Source of the DNA: Bigelowiella natans CCMP2755
Lineage: Eukaryota; Protista; Cercozoa
Assembly: GCA_000320545.1 (NCBI GenBank)
Contig: ADNK01002741.1
Coordinates: forward strand, 1-64,000
Length of the DNA: 64,000 bases
Direction: 5' to 3'
The notes below the pieces were generated by a model. The model worked only from the letters and a program-made list of their open reading frames with translations. It did no database searches and had not been told where the DNA came from. This document shows positions 40,301 to 53,699 of this stretch, one piece after another. Both the position numbers and the translations under genes were made by a program. Within the stretch, counting starts at the first letter, position 1; every line of letters starts with the position of its first letter.

Positions 40301-42378
40301 TCGCAGGCTGTCCAAAAGATCGAGCGAGACTACCAGGTTTGTTGTGCCGGTATTCTTTAGCCCAACCGGTCACGCTTTTGTCTTTCCTCATTAAACACTT
40401 CCGGCTGTCTATGTATAACGTACTCTCACGATGCTATTTCGGCGCGCCGCGGATGCATTTCACAGTCTTCGGCTCTGATCTGCGGCACCGGCACGAGGAA
40501 ACGACTCGCGGACTTGTGCTCAATGGTTCGTCAGTTAAAGGCTGGGTCGTTTGGCCTTGAGCTCGGGGTGCAGGTGCTGCTGTACTTCGGCCGATTCTCG
40601 GCGGAAACTTGCCATTTTCCTGCGAGCTAACTCGTTTTCCATTATTTTGATTCTTTTATGTCTCTTTTGGCGCGAAGGTCCAGGAGTTTGTGCCGAAGAA
40701 TCTCCGTTTCCGGCCCGTGCTGATCGTTCTCCGGCGCAAGCAGGAGGCGAAGGTGAAAAGGACAAGACAGGTAGCGCAGCCGCGTGCCCATGTTTTTCGC
40801 AATGAACACCTGGAATAACGAAGATATTGGGGAGAGAGCAACATGGCTGATGCCGCGAGCAATTATTTTACAACGGTCTTTTATGTTCAGGGAAATGGTG
40901 GAAGAGACACCAAACACGTCTCCGCTACCCCGCCGTCATTTGATAGAACGAAGAAGCAGGCCGTGCGGAACAACGCCGAGAATTCGCGAGAGGTGGGAGA
41001 GGGGGGGGTCAAAGAGCCCCTTGCATCTAAGGCACGGCCTCGCATAAAAATGGCGGACAGCGAAGACATGGCCGACCACTTCTTTGACGATTTTAAGCGC
41101 CAGGTGCGAGCCAGCTACGATGCGATCGAGGAAGAAGAGGAGAAGGGGGGCGGGGGCAAGGGCGGCATGAAGGCCTTAACAGCACCACCTGTAGATCAGG
41201 AAAGTGCTCTTGCTGATGCCGCAACTACTCTTGCTACAAGCGATGTTTCCCCCCTCCCTTCGACGTCGCGCCCTGCGTTGAAACCAGCCATTGCACATCA
41301 CCAGCCATTGCTACGGTCCAAGAACAGCGCATGGGCTTCGTGGAACATGGGCGCTCTTGCTGACACCGGTAGCATGTTTGGCAGTGAGCAGACTAGCGAG
41401 GATAGAGTCCCTCAACGCCCCTCTTCCTTTGCGTCCCAAGTACAAAATGAGACGATTCCTGACGACGGTAGGGGGCCCTGGCTTGATATTGTATGCTTTC
41501 CGCGTTTGCTCTCGAGCGTGCTGTCCTTCCATTGTACCTGACGTGCTGCTTCTGCAAAACAATCCATCAGGCATGAAGAGTTCATCCGCAACCTCCTCAC
41601 GGCTGCGAGCAAGTCACGAGGAATCTGAGACCGCCGTAGAACAATCGCCTGCAGCTGCAGAGCCGCCTCCAGGTTTTACATGTTGCTGGAAACGGAGGGG
41701 GGGATAAAAGAGGAGTGCAGACATATAATTCTTCTCTTCATTCGAAAATATGCTCTCCTTCATCTACCGACCTTTTTCAGCACTATTACATACGCAATAA
41801 CCCCCCCCCCCCAACCCCCCCCTTCTATTTCCTGGTTGATCCTCAGCTCCCGAGATTCGACAGGTTGGAGCGTTCTCTGAGCAAGACGCCCCGAACCAAT
41901 TGCTAGAAGCTCGCGTCCGCACTGGGAGCGCAAGCGATAGTTTTGATAGTAAACTCAGCGATGTCAACGAAGACAAGAATGGCGGTGGCCGTCCGTTGAC
42001 GAATGCGGAGAGAGCGGGCGCCGCGCAACAGCTGCGCAGAGCCAGACGAAGTGAAGCCGACAATAACAGTGGTGGCCTGAGCTCGTTTGATTTCGCGATG
42101 AAACGGCGCGGGGGGGTCGAGAACGCCAGAGACGAGGCTGAAGGGCATACATCAAGTGATATGCGATCTCGCCACTACTTGCAAGGCGAAGAAGACGATG
42201 ATCTGCGTTCAATTTCTCCATTCCCCGACGAAGATTCGATTGACGCTCGTAGGCATGTCAGCAACGGCAACAATGCAGCGCATCAGGTTTTGTACTGTGT
42301 AGGCTCAGATATGTGTCCTTTGATTATTGGTGGCAGTAGCTTCCCTGCTCCTCCCAAGCGATGGTAACGATACTGTGA

Positions 42379-42417
<39 letters not shown>

Positions 42418-44259
42418 ATTCTCAGTACAACTCGATCGAGGTCGACGAATGGCGAGAGGACTTAATCATGGAGGATCTCATCAGACGCCATCGCTCTTCC
42501 GATGCCAGCACGAGTAGCCACGACGACTCCGGGGTACTATTCTCGGCACCACGTTTACATTGTGTGAAGGCGTGACGTCGCGGCAAAAACTAAGGAAACA
42601 CATCCATATTTCACATGTACTCAGGTGCATAATCCGTACGGAGGCCGGTTTCCCCCGTTCCAACCGCAGCTGACTCCGATCCCTTCGAATGATGGCAATG
42701 GGGGGGGAGGGGGGGGGGGGCAACAGCTACTACGGCAGCACGATGGTGAATCACGAGGTGCCCCACCACGCCCACCCCCCTCCTCCGTTCGTTTCGAGGC
42801 CAGGCTACTTAGATGCCACACTAGACTCTTCCTTCGAGGACGTCGGCCCCAACGACTCAGCCATGCTCGCTCCGATGCACTATTCAGATAGGCATCAGCA
42901 GCATCGCATGCCTCATCACCAGCATCACCATGACCACCCCCAGCATAGGAAGGCTGCGCCCTCCGTTCCGTCGATCCTATTTGGGGGAGGGGAGGGCGCG
43001 CCGTGGGGCGCTCTGGAGGCCATCCGAAGCCGGACCGAGGACGATATCGACGACCGCATGCCCCCGGGTATTTGGCCGCTCACGCCAAGAGAGCGGGCCA
43101 GTGAGTATGGCGGTGGGTTCCCACAATCGCCGTCTGGGATATGTGAGTGCATCAGCGGCAACACACAAACGTGGTGAGTTTTCGAAAAGCCTAGTAGTGT
43201 AACAACAATAAAGTCACGGGTCAGGGGGGGGGGGGAGGTAAGGGGGGGAGGGAGGGGGGGATATGATTTCGTTAAGGAGAGCGAGAGAGATCAAGCGTTG
43301 ACGAAAAAGGTAAAGGTGACGACTGAAGACTTATAAGCCGCTGTATTACAGATCGTGAGTGTCTGAAATATTCTGCCTCTAATTCCGAGTCGTTGTCAAT
43401 GCTGCTATTACTTCGTAGGATATTCACCAACCAGGTCGCGTCGAGGCAGAAATGGCACTGGGCGATGCTGCTGCTCGCACTGGCGATTGTGCACGTTTGG
43501 GTGGATTTCGTTCTCTCGGTAGAAGCAACAAATGCCAACTAATATGAACGATCGGCTAAGTGCAAAATAGGAATCATCCCTCGCTTATTCCGGGAATAAT
43601 GGGGTTTTATCTTCCGATGGTTCCTTTTCGCGCAGGTCGTTCTGGTGGAGCACGTCGATATTGCATTTTTGGCTGTAGTGTTCATATTTCCCTTCGCTAG
43701 CTATATCTCCCCCTTCATCGGCCTGGCTTGTTTGCTTGTCCAGTCTCCCGAGCTGGGGCGGTACTTCGTTTCCTTCAACTTCATCTCCATTGCGAATGCA
43801 GCGGTTGCGCTCCTAGTGGCCTTCATGCTTAGCGAGCCGGATATTGTTGCGATGACGATGGCCGGCTTCCTTATCACCATCAAGCTCATGCTCAGGTGGT
43901 TCCACGTGCTTTCGATCCCGACCCAACACCATGCCTGCTTGTGTAAACTCTTGGGACCAACATGTTTGTCGGCCACTTGATCGCCCAGCTATTCAATGCG
44001 CGTCTGTGTGCGTCTGAGTGCGTGTGTGTGTGTGTATGCGTGTTTTTCTCTCAGTTGGGTCATGAACCAGTACGTGGCGCATTTGGAATGGATTAAGGAC
44101 TGGAAGCTCTCGCATCAGCGCATTGGACACATTGGGGGCTTCGGATCGATGCGTTTCAGCTTAGCGGACCTCGGGCCGATATCTTCTCAAAAGATGCCGA
44201 ATGAAGCTGCGGAACGGTATCAGTCGTTCCATGGAGCATACCGCAGTATATCAAGATGA
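29517..44259 (+). CDS. Large Gly-rich, Cys-rich receptor-like membrane protein of the plant At5g11700/At4g32920 (DUF8003-type) family; multi-exon, start tentative, two apparent homopolymer frameshifts
   Basis: GGGAGGTI and [10 protein letters not shown] repeats; PPCEAGHW..VCKPC..CQYQC; SLTSLIAKFGGPVFF TM segment; HLHRVYLTGFNTFSEPL; WEKVLYHLLVVLYFPLA..RRR..YDHDFF; AWIDIL..MPFALLCSGRGTY; C-terminal TMs ending IKLMLSWVMNQYVAHLE. TGA at 44257-44259. Confidence 0.82.
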
Positions 44260-44764
44260 GTTTCGTTTGTATCGTCATACTTTGTAAATAATAATCAGCA
44301 CAAGCAAGTTAGTTGAGGCTTGCAGCTTTATACGCAACGAATTCTAAAACTAGAATAGTAGAATGCATCCTATAACATGTTGAAGTAAGCTTTCATTTGC
44401 TATTGGTCATCTAGCAGTCTAGCAGTGCAATGTCGTCAATAAATGATGATCAAATAAGCATGAATTGCTAGCCTGTGTCCGGACTAGCTAGCTAGCATAC
44501 GCATTGCGCATGTATGGGCCTGCCTAGCTGCTGTTGGCAACGTACTTACTAGCTAGCTATATGATGTGATACTAGTAGCGCACGTGCATGTGCGCTGGCA
44601 ATGATAGAATGCGCGTATACCAGTCCAATCATCGTAAAAAAACGATGAAATGTAGTGCTGCAATACTTTTATTTATTAAAAATCAATATCGAATCATTCT
44701 CAGTAAGATGCGGGTAGTGTACTTTAATGGATTCTAGATCACATCTGCAGAGCAGTCCTCCCTC

Positions 44765-45341
44765 TCAAATTACAATTCCCGGCTCTGATTCTCGGGCCTT
44801 TCCTGCGCCGCACTGGCGAAGAAGCCGAATAGAAAAGTCCCCAAGGACGAGAATTTGCTTGCCATCAACAATTTGAGGCACAGTCGTCGGGCTCCGAAAA
44901 TCAGAGAGAAAAAAAGGGAAAAAAACGTGCTGACCAAATAACTGTAGATGAATGCGTTGAACGCTCGAGACTAAGAGTCGAAGAAATGCGACCGCATCTC
45001 CCTTCCATATATGTAGTTTTCTGTACAAAAACGGGCGCGGTTTCCAATTCTGTACGGTAGGTGACTTGCTCCCTCGCTGTACCCCAATAAAAAAGAAAAC
45101 GGAAACAAGACGTTTTGTCCAATTCGTTTCTATGCGAAGACGCTGGTGGAACTCGGTGATGTTATCGAGATATTGTGAACGTAGTCAGAAGAAGCAGAAG
45201 TAACACTAATAGATATTGTGTACGGAGTAAGAAGAAGCAGAAGTAACAATAGTAGACATTGGCGGTGATTGTTTTGTAGCTGTGCTAGTAGCTGCAGGAA
45301 GAAGACGAATAATGTATGTATGTTTACAGAAAATATACATT

Positions 45342-45421
<80 letters not shown>

Positions 45422-46922
45422 ACATTCATGTGCAGTGGAACTCAGTGGGGAGAATTTAAGCAAAGCTCTCACTTGGATAAATAATAACCCCTCGAAGTAA
45501 TTCCAACTCGCTGGTAGATCATAAGAAAAGAGGTTTGGTTGGTGATGGAGAGGATGAGAGTAGGGAGTGGGCTGTTTGGGATGATGACGGGTCTCTTAAC
45601 GATGAACCGAATGCTCTCAAAAACCATCCCCCTCCCCCCCCCCGACCTCTCGGAAGATCGATATTCCCGATGCTTCCCTGCTGTACATGAAGACTGGAGG
45701 ATCGTCTCTCTCTCTATGTTCATTGAGAGCAAAATATTTCGATGGGCCGGGAGATACAAGATCGGTGGATGATTACGACGATGATAGCAGAATGCGGATA
45801 CGAGTGTTCAAAGAGGAAACCTTGAAATGCGACACCCCCGCTTCTTCTCTGCAAGTAGAAAGGGAGGCTGCCATCTCACCGGCACTGTTGCGTACAAGGC
45901 TCATCAAACACTCAGGAACGACGCACATTATTGCGCCGAGCTTATGCTACTACTCCCAAATAGCGCTTCTTGGCCAGGATTGCTTCGCCATCGTTCCCCA
46001 CGCTTTCATACGGCCGCTTGTTCTTGCGATGGTGCAGCCCTTGGTCGGAGGGGTATGCTGACGACGTTCTCCATGCAGCATCCATGCCCAGGTCGTACGG
46101 CTCTATTCTGGCAGCAGCAGCAGCATCAGCACTAGCAGCGGCGCCTTTGCTATGGCGGCCATCGTCGAGGTAGTAGGGGTCGTTGGCAGGGCGTGCTGTT
46201 TGGTCCTCACGATATCGTCTACGGCGGCGCCGGCTGTAATGCCTCCTCTGCACCTTCCCTTCCTTCCTCAGGGACCGGTAGTTCTCTCTGCCACGTGGCC
46301 CTTCAACAGCGGCGCGAGACCCCTTGTAGTCGTCGCAAAAGCCCCCTGCACTGTACCCTCTTTTCTCTCCACTCTCCGGCGAGTAGCGCGGGTCAGGGGA
46401 GGGGCGCAGCTCGGGGGTGAAGAATTCGTCCCTTGGCAGCCCCATCTCTGATGCGAAGCTGGGCCGTCTCTGGAGACGAGAACGTGAGGGAATAGGCAAT
46501 GGCGGCAGATCGGCATGCGGCCTGTAAGATGCCTTGCGTCTCTCGCTTGGAGCAGGGCGCTGGTAGTAATGCTGCTGTGCAATCATTCTATCCTCTTCTG
46601 CTGACGAGCCGATAACGAAGTGTTCTTGGAACAATGGGTGGAGTGACTGACGACGAGAAGCTGAGTGTCTACTGTTTTCATCATCATCCTCGACCATGTG
46701 GAGCCGATTCTCCATTGCGACAGCGTCGTCGTCTCCAGCAGGAAGAAGCTCAAGGGGAGGGTGCGTGGGAGGAATATCAGCAATGACGGCAGCAATAGCC
46801 TGGAAGATGAGATCATTTTCTCGTTCTGAAAGCTCCAAACCAGCAGATACCAGCAGCGAGAAAGGGTTCTCTTCCGCAGGCGGCGTCAGAGCCGAGCGGA
46901 TTTGTGTGCGCAATTTTTTCAT
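44765..46922 (-). CDS. Hypothetical, mostly disordered protein; main exon about 46922-45950, other exons uncertain
   Basis: A 326-aa ORF with protein-like composition. Candidate GT-AG flanked small exons lie downstream (about 45850, 45680, 45515, 45075) and upstream (about 47490, 47285). No recognisable domain. Confidence 0.55.
45168..45248. repeat. Imperfect tandem duplication, period 43 bp
   Basis: agatattgtg.acg.agt.agaagaagcagaagtaaca at 45168 and 45211. Confidence 0.85.
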
Positions 46923-47708
46923 TCTCGCTCTTTTCTTAACTCGGTTTTTTTATGCCTGAGAATGCGATTCAACATCTTTGTAAGACCGATGCAAAAATGG
47001 GAGAGGGGAGTGACTAGAAACAGTATGAGAGACAAGGGGGGGGGGAACCAGTGAACTTTGCAAGAGATAGGAGCAGGCATATTCCTAGCTCTACTGAATG
47101 GAAAACAGGAAAAGGAGATATCCACGCAATGTAGGCCGATCCCATTGCAGAGCATTGGAAACACGCAAGCAGTAGGTTCACGAGAAAGCATCAGCTGGTT
47201 TCCTTAGACAAGTAGGCAGCACTTGGAGTGCGCTTCCGTGGCTACGAAGAACGCTGGCCTCGCTCGCAATTTATAACAATCCGTACTAGGATTTGCAGCC
47301 GTTATGGAAACAAAAATTTCTCTCTCACACTCCACCCCCTCAGAAGAGACGCAAGTGCTTTAGGCGCGCTACTTGAGGTGATCATGGCCCTCCCCCCTAC
47401 CTTGTAAGTGTTTTGGATTCGTCCTCGTTCTCTCTGGGTTGCGGGGAGGCAAAGTCGTTAGGGTTTCTGCGCGGGGAGAGTCTGGGTAGAGTCTGGGTTG
47501 TGAGAGAGAGAAGAGAAACATTGTGGAAGCTAATATGTAAACCGCCTTGCGTTTTATTTAAATCAGGCGAAATATATATGTCGCAATACCTATTTCACTG
47601 GAGTTTAGGACTCTGGATGCTTCGCAGAATTTTTTGCATGAGCGAAAGAGAAACCAAACAAGAGAGACGGAAAGAGAGACAGATAGGTAGTGTAGAGAGG
47701 GATACACA

Positions 47709-47750
<42 letters not shown>

Positions 47751-47799
47751 CAGAGATCAATATTGCCAATGAGTACCGGTATACGTACAAAAAATCCCA

Positions 47800-48285
47800 T
47801 ATCCAAATTCGATTTAGAGTTACGACATCATCAATGCGGCATTTATTCTACTATTTATCTCTTTTGAGCACTAATGGTCATTGAAAATTTGTTGCCGTTT
47901 GTTTTTGTTTTTTAATTGTTGTACAGGACTACCTCACTCTAGTTTTAGTTTGAGAGGCCATTTTGATGATGAATCAATTTTTGAATTTCCAGTGCTCGAA
48001 GCCGAAACGGCCCGAAAAATGGGGGAAATTAAAGTGCTTTTTATGGATCCTCAAAGCTCTATTCTTCAGACGGAAATAATTAGTCTTTGTGCACATTTCT
48101 GCCAATTTACATCCCTAGATTATGAAAGACAATTATAAAGGAAGTCAAAGATGTACAAAATAAGTCACTTTTGAAAAAAAACCTACGACTGATAATTCTT
48201 AAGTTTTCCATGTCGTTAAGTATTTATTGCCTCATTGAGATTCTTTTTTTTTGAAAAGACACTACCTACCGGTACCTATTTCTCT

Positions 48286-48340
<55 letters not shown>

Positions 48341-49080
48341 ATTCTATGTAGGTCCACGAAATGTGCGAAAGATTTCGCACATCCGACCCGTATCCATGGC
48401 AAACGCATGGAGTTTCAGGAAAAGCAAATGTAAGAATATCAGACACACATGGTATTTTAATTGTGAAACTTTCCGCAATTTCAGAATTATTCAACGCAAT
48501 ACATCCTTGAGACATACGAAAAAATGGTTGAGAAAGACATAAATCAAACAATATTTTTTTAGTACACAGTTTCATGTTGATGAAAAGAGACTTATTGGGA
48601 CTCACTAAACTAGGACGGGGCAGCTGTGTGCTTTCATCCACCAAAACGGAAATTAGCTTTGAATTATGTACAAATTAAACGAAACCAGATCGATGCGGCA
48701 CGTGTTAGCATAATTTTACATGGTATTTTTACCATATTTCTTTTTTTTGTACATGCGTTTTGTGTCCTCTTGCGTTTCTCCGAACAACAATGTACATGTA
48801 ACGGCGCGCCCGTTTGAAAAAGCTACCTCTGCCTGATGGCTGATCATTCACCATAAAATAGACCTCTAAGCATCCTGCGACAATACGAAATAACATGTCT
48901 CAAGTTTTAAAACATATTTTGTCGTTCTCGACAAATGCAGGACGTATTTGACTCTTATATTTGGAAGGATGTTGTCGCGCAGTTAGTCAATTATTACCCT
49001 ACTCAGGGCCCCTGGTGCTTCTTGAACCCCGGCTGTTGCTCTTTCGGCTGCCGAATTCGTTAGTTCGCTTGAGAGAAGGC
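47800..49080. promoter_or_regulatory. AT-rich divergent intergenic/promoter region
   Basis: Lies between the orphan gene (-) and the PP2C gene (+); A/T tracts and no long ORF. Confidence 0.4.
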
Positions 49081-49227
49081 ATGGAAGACACCGCACATTC
49101 GTAAATTATACACTCATACCCGGAGGAACTGTTCGCGCCGGTGCTCCGCAGCTACTTGTGCGCACCGACATGCTCTTTTTCATATAACCCAGATACTCGC
49201 AGCGGCCAAGAAGGACCCCCACCCCGT

Positions 49228-50443
49228 ATGTACTGGCTTGCCATCGCCATCGTGGTTCAGGCTTCGGCAACACCAAGGCTGTACAATGGGAGAAGGTCGG
49301 CTGGATCTCGAGACTTACACGGCTATTATGTCGCATGTGTGCGTTCAGATAATAATGCTATCCTCTCATACACAATAGGGCCCTTGTCACCTCGAATCAA
49401 TTCCAGCGCGTCACTTCACCACCCAAAATTAAGTTTCGTGGGATCAACAGCTGCAACCACGTGTCGCAACAAACTCGAGCGTTTTGGTCACGCCCCCCCC
49501 CCCCGCCAGAGCCGACGAAAATCGAGTACGAATAGAGTAGAGTTGATCAAATATGTTCGGAAACTCACCTAAGATTGTGCACCAAAGATATGAAAGGCGT
49601 ACACTATCATTCTATGCTGAAAATAACATCACTTTGCATTTCATGTGCCATTACAAGCAGCGGAATTTCCTCACCCCAAACATGTTTTGTTGTCGTTGTA
49701 CGACTAGGGCTCTCAGAGAGCTGATATCGGTTTATCCTTCGATTTTGAAGGCCACAGCAGTAGATGCAGTAACCAAAATCAAGGAGCAGAAGGTTGTTGT
49801 AGCTGCAGGTAGTCTGATTGCAGGAGCTAAAGAGAGTCGGATCGTTGGGTTTGTTGCCGACGCTGTAGAGACGAATCCGAAGACATCTGCGGTTATTGCC
49901 GGCGGGACCTTTCTTGCAAGTGAGTTGTAGGAGAACCGAGAGACGTATATCCACCTAGAGAGGGGTAGGAGGGTATGGAAAATAAGTAAATAAATGATAC
50001 TAGACACGCTATTATCTCGCCAATTGTGTGAGGAGAATGAGGAGGGTGTTGCATGAGGGGTACCTATCGAGCACGATTGAATATATAGTGGTGATATGCG
50101 TATGATTTTCCGTAAAATACCTGCAGCAGTTGAGCAAAGGATGTGCACTACGGCACTAATCTATTCTATATCTTTCTTGATGTTTTCACACCAACCTAGC
50201 ATATCTTGCACGAAGAGCGACAGCAAGGTATTAGTATTGCAGTGTTGGCACCACAACAAACTGACCCTTCCTACAAAAACTAAATAGAAATAACGCCAGA
50301 AGAGAGGCAGCAGGAGCTCTGACTGGTAATGGCGCTGCCCCACCCGGAGTACTTCAAAAGAGTCTAGAGGCAGGTGTGAATCGTCACTGTAATTACGGAT
50401 TTGGAAAAATGTAGAGTGGACTACTTCCGATAGTTTTTCTCCT

Positions 50444-50476
<33 letters not shown>

Positions 50477-50558
50477 ACGACGACGACGACGACGACGATG
50501 ATGATGATGATGATGATGATGATGAAAAAGCCTTTCTAATAGGTATAAATGCATGATT

Positions 50559-50599
<41 letters not shown>

Positions 50600-51427
50600 T
50601 GCGCAGGGAGTCTGCCGTCCAAACGTGGCAAAGGCGAGAAGGAGAGCGCTACAAACCCCTCATCAAGGTACAGTGTGTGAGAGTGTATGATTCGTGATAA
50701 TGATTTTCTGTAAGCTGCTGCAGTCTTAGCCGTCGCTACTGCCATTTCGTATTCCTTGAAGCTTCTCTTTCTCCCCTCTCTTTCTCTTCTCCCTCTCGTC
50801 TCCTCCGCTGAGATTGCTATTTGTCAACTAACAACATCGGTAAACAGATTGTCCAAGATATCCGGGATCTCGCGCCCCGTGCGCGCGCTGCTCTCGCCCC
50901 CCCTCCCCTTGCAGTTCGCAGTTGATGGGAAACCCGTCGACCTGGAGGTTGCGTTGATTGACCTTTACATGTGTCTGCGCGCGCGCTTGTGTTCGCGTGC
51001 GGCGTGCTTGCGATATGCATCGCAAACGCTCCGCATCATATGCAAGTATTTCGTCGAGCGTGCTCACGTATTGGAACGGTTGCTTTCCGATCAGGAAGAG
51101 GACGGTATCGATGTCGACGTTGATCCCACAGCGTCATCTATAAGGTAGCAGCATCTTTGCTATGCATTCGATCTCCTCCCCCCCCCCCGCCCCCGTCCCG
51201 CGACGTCTGAAAATAAGGCACAGTCTACGAAGAAGTGGATGTATTCATCGATGTCATAGGTGTAATGTCGAGAAATGTTGTTCTTTTTGTTGTCGTGTGG
51301 TGCGGATTGATTAGCTTCCGCTTTTCGGGATCAAATGGGGCCATTCTACGTGTCGCTGGGGTAGGTTCCAACGACATCGCATACCTCGCCACTGCAGCAC
51401 ATATTTCTTCCTTCTTCTCTCTCTCTC

Positions 51428-51521
<94 letters not shown>

Positions 51522-53643
51522 TATATAATTTATACATATGACACTACAGCTTGGAGGAAAAGGCGGGGAGGAAACCTCAACCTTAATATATGTAAGCTAA
51601 ACAGCTAAAATTAAACTTTTCTTCTCTGTCTCCCTCCCCCCCCCACCCATTCTTCTCTCCATTTGTCTATTACTTATGCACCCTGCCGATCCCTCTCATG
51701 AGTCAATTGGTGTTGTTTGCAAATCAACCTAGCTTTCTCTTTCCTCCAGCGTTTGCATGGCTCCCCCTTCATCCCTGTAGAATTTAGTCATTTTGTAGAA
51801 ATGCTCTTGCATCTGCTTCTTCTTTGCCTTTGGTGATATCTGCTGCTGCTGTGACGCTTTGTGGTGCTTTTCAAGGTGCTTTCTAAGACGCAGACGTTGG
51901 CACGAATTCCAGTCTTTCCGGTACTATACAACAATAGAGTGATAAATACACAAATACTAACACACGCACACGCACACACACACACATATACATACACATA
52001 CACATACACATACACACGCACGCACACATTCACACACAAATACGTTTGCGCGTAACATACACGATGACGATATATTCAGGGAGAAAAGCGCAGATTGACG
52101 ATTACATACAGCCCTCCCGGGCCTGGAGTGAAGGTGCTCGAGATGATACACACACGCGTTTCGCACGCGAGAAATCGGGTGGGGGGGGGGGGGAGGAGGT
52201 AGATAGATGTATGGTGAGCTTTAAGCTCATAACTATAGCAGATATGCATTCAGCAGCTCGAAGACGGTTTTAGAAATAGTTGCGTTTATTCTCGTATGCT
52301 GATCTGTTGTCTGCTCCCCCCCCCCCCCTCCCCCCGCCCATCCCAAATCAGTCTCAGCGCTTCTACATCAATATCCGGAGGATCTCCAACACTGCTGCTA
52401 TACAGCAGGTCGCTTTGGGCAATAGCACCGAGGAGTATGAGCTAATCCCAGGTTTGGTAGTTTTTGTTAGTTTTTTTATTACTATTGTAATCATTGGTAT
52501 CTGCACTGGTAGAAGTAGAAGAGGATTTTGTGCAATGCTAGATGCCAAACGTATTGCTTCTTTCTCTACTCAACTCTCTCTTTCCCTCATAATGTGCAAT
52601 CTGTGCCCCTCTCCCTTTCGCCGTGTACTATTTAACAATGCATCTCTGGAGCAAATGTTCCTCTCCCCCCCCCCCTCCCAAATATGTACTCATTCAGGAT
52701 TCACGCCTGAGCAGTCGAGATATTCGTTTTCTGTTCCGCAGGACTTTAGAAGGTCGTTTTGCCTTCATGGGAATGATACTGATCATGTTAATGGCGGTGA
52801 TGACCTTCGTATTATGATGGTGATGATGATGATAATGATGATGGTGGTGGTGGTACATTTTTCACTCAAATCGAGCACTCTATCACAACACACGCACACG
52901 AAGACAAGCGCCCTGTCACACTCTCTTCTTCTTCCTCCTCCTCCTCCTCCTCCTCCTCCTCTACTTTTACTCCTCGCTACCACCCAGTATGACTCTGTTG
53001 GTGAAAGCTGCTGGGGCAGGTGGAAGTGTGTCATTTGGAGACTCTCTCTTCACAGGGTCAAAAAAGGTAGCAAGGGGGCACCAGAGAGGGCCTAAATGGC
53101 CAATGCTACAGAGAAAGAATAGACGGAAGTCTGCATGAAAGAAGAATGCCAGTGAATCTCCAGACAGAACCTTACAATTTCTATAAAGCAGAAGATGCAT
53201 GCTTTATCATGGCGTCGAGGAATTGAGTCGTGTTTTCTTATATTATTTACATTTTTTTAAAAAAAGACTATCATCATCACCACCTGTTGGTGTGTTTCGC
53301 CGTTTGATGGCTTCTGTTAGAGCTCCTCCCTTCTTCGCTCATTCTTGTGGAATGCGGATGTTCCTTGTGTTGCAGAGCGTCTCGCTCGATCGATGGGCGA
53401 CGTCCGATAGAATTGTACTAGCGCCGGGGCCAAACAACATCAAGGTTGCGCGTTTTCGCTTAAGTTATCACACCTGTCGTAGTCTTGAAATGCTGCTCCC
53501 ATAACTTTCGATGCGATGCTGATTGAGATGGCAATCCTGGAACGGTGAATGGGCGAGAAATCAAACGATGATGTTACTTTTTAACGAGCGTTACGATGAC
53601 CGTGTACTTGTTTGTCTGCTGTCTCTCCCCTCCCCTGGCCCCA

Positions 53644-53699
<56 letters not shown>

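Noticed and set aside
47774-48275. TACCGGTA at both ends of an AT-rich segment, as a possible hAT/MITE target-site duplication
   Set aside because: No terminal inverted repeats inside the duplication.
49000-49045. GGTTCAAG-like tRNA T-loop on the minus strand
   Set aside because: No cloverleaf stems around it.
53166-53226. KAEDACFI peptide resembling PTC7 motif 1
   Set aside because: It lies in the middle of the second cadherin-like domain region and is followed by a stop; a better-placed GDDG motif exists at 55307.
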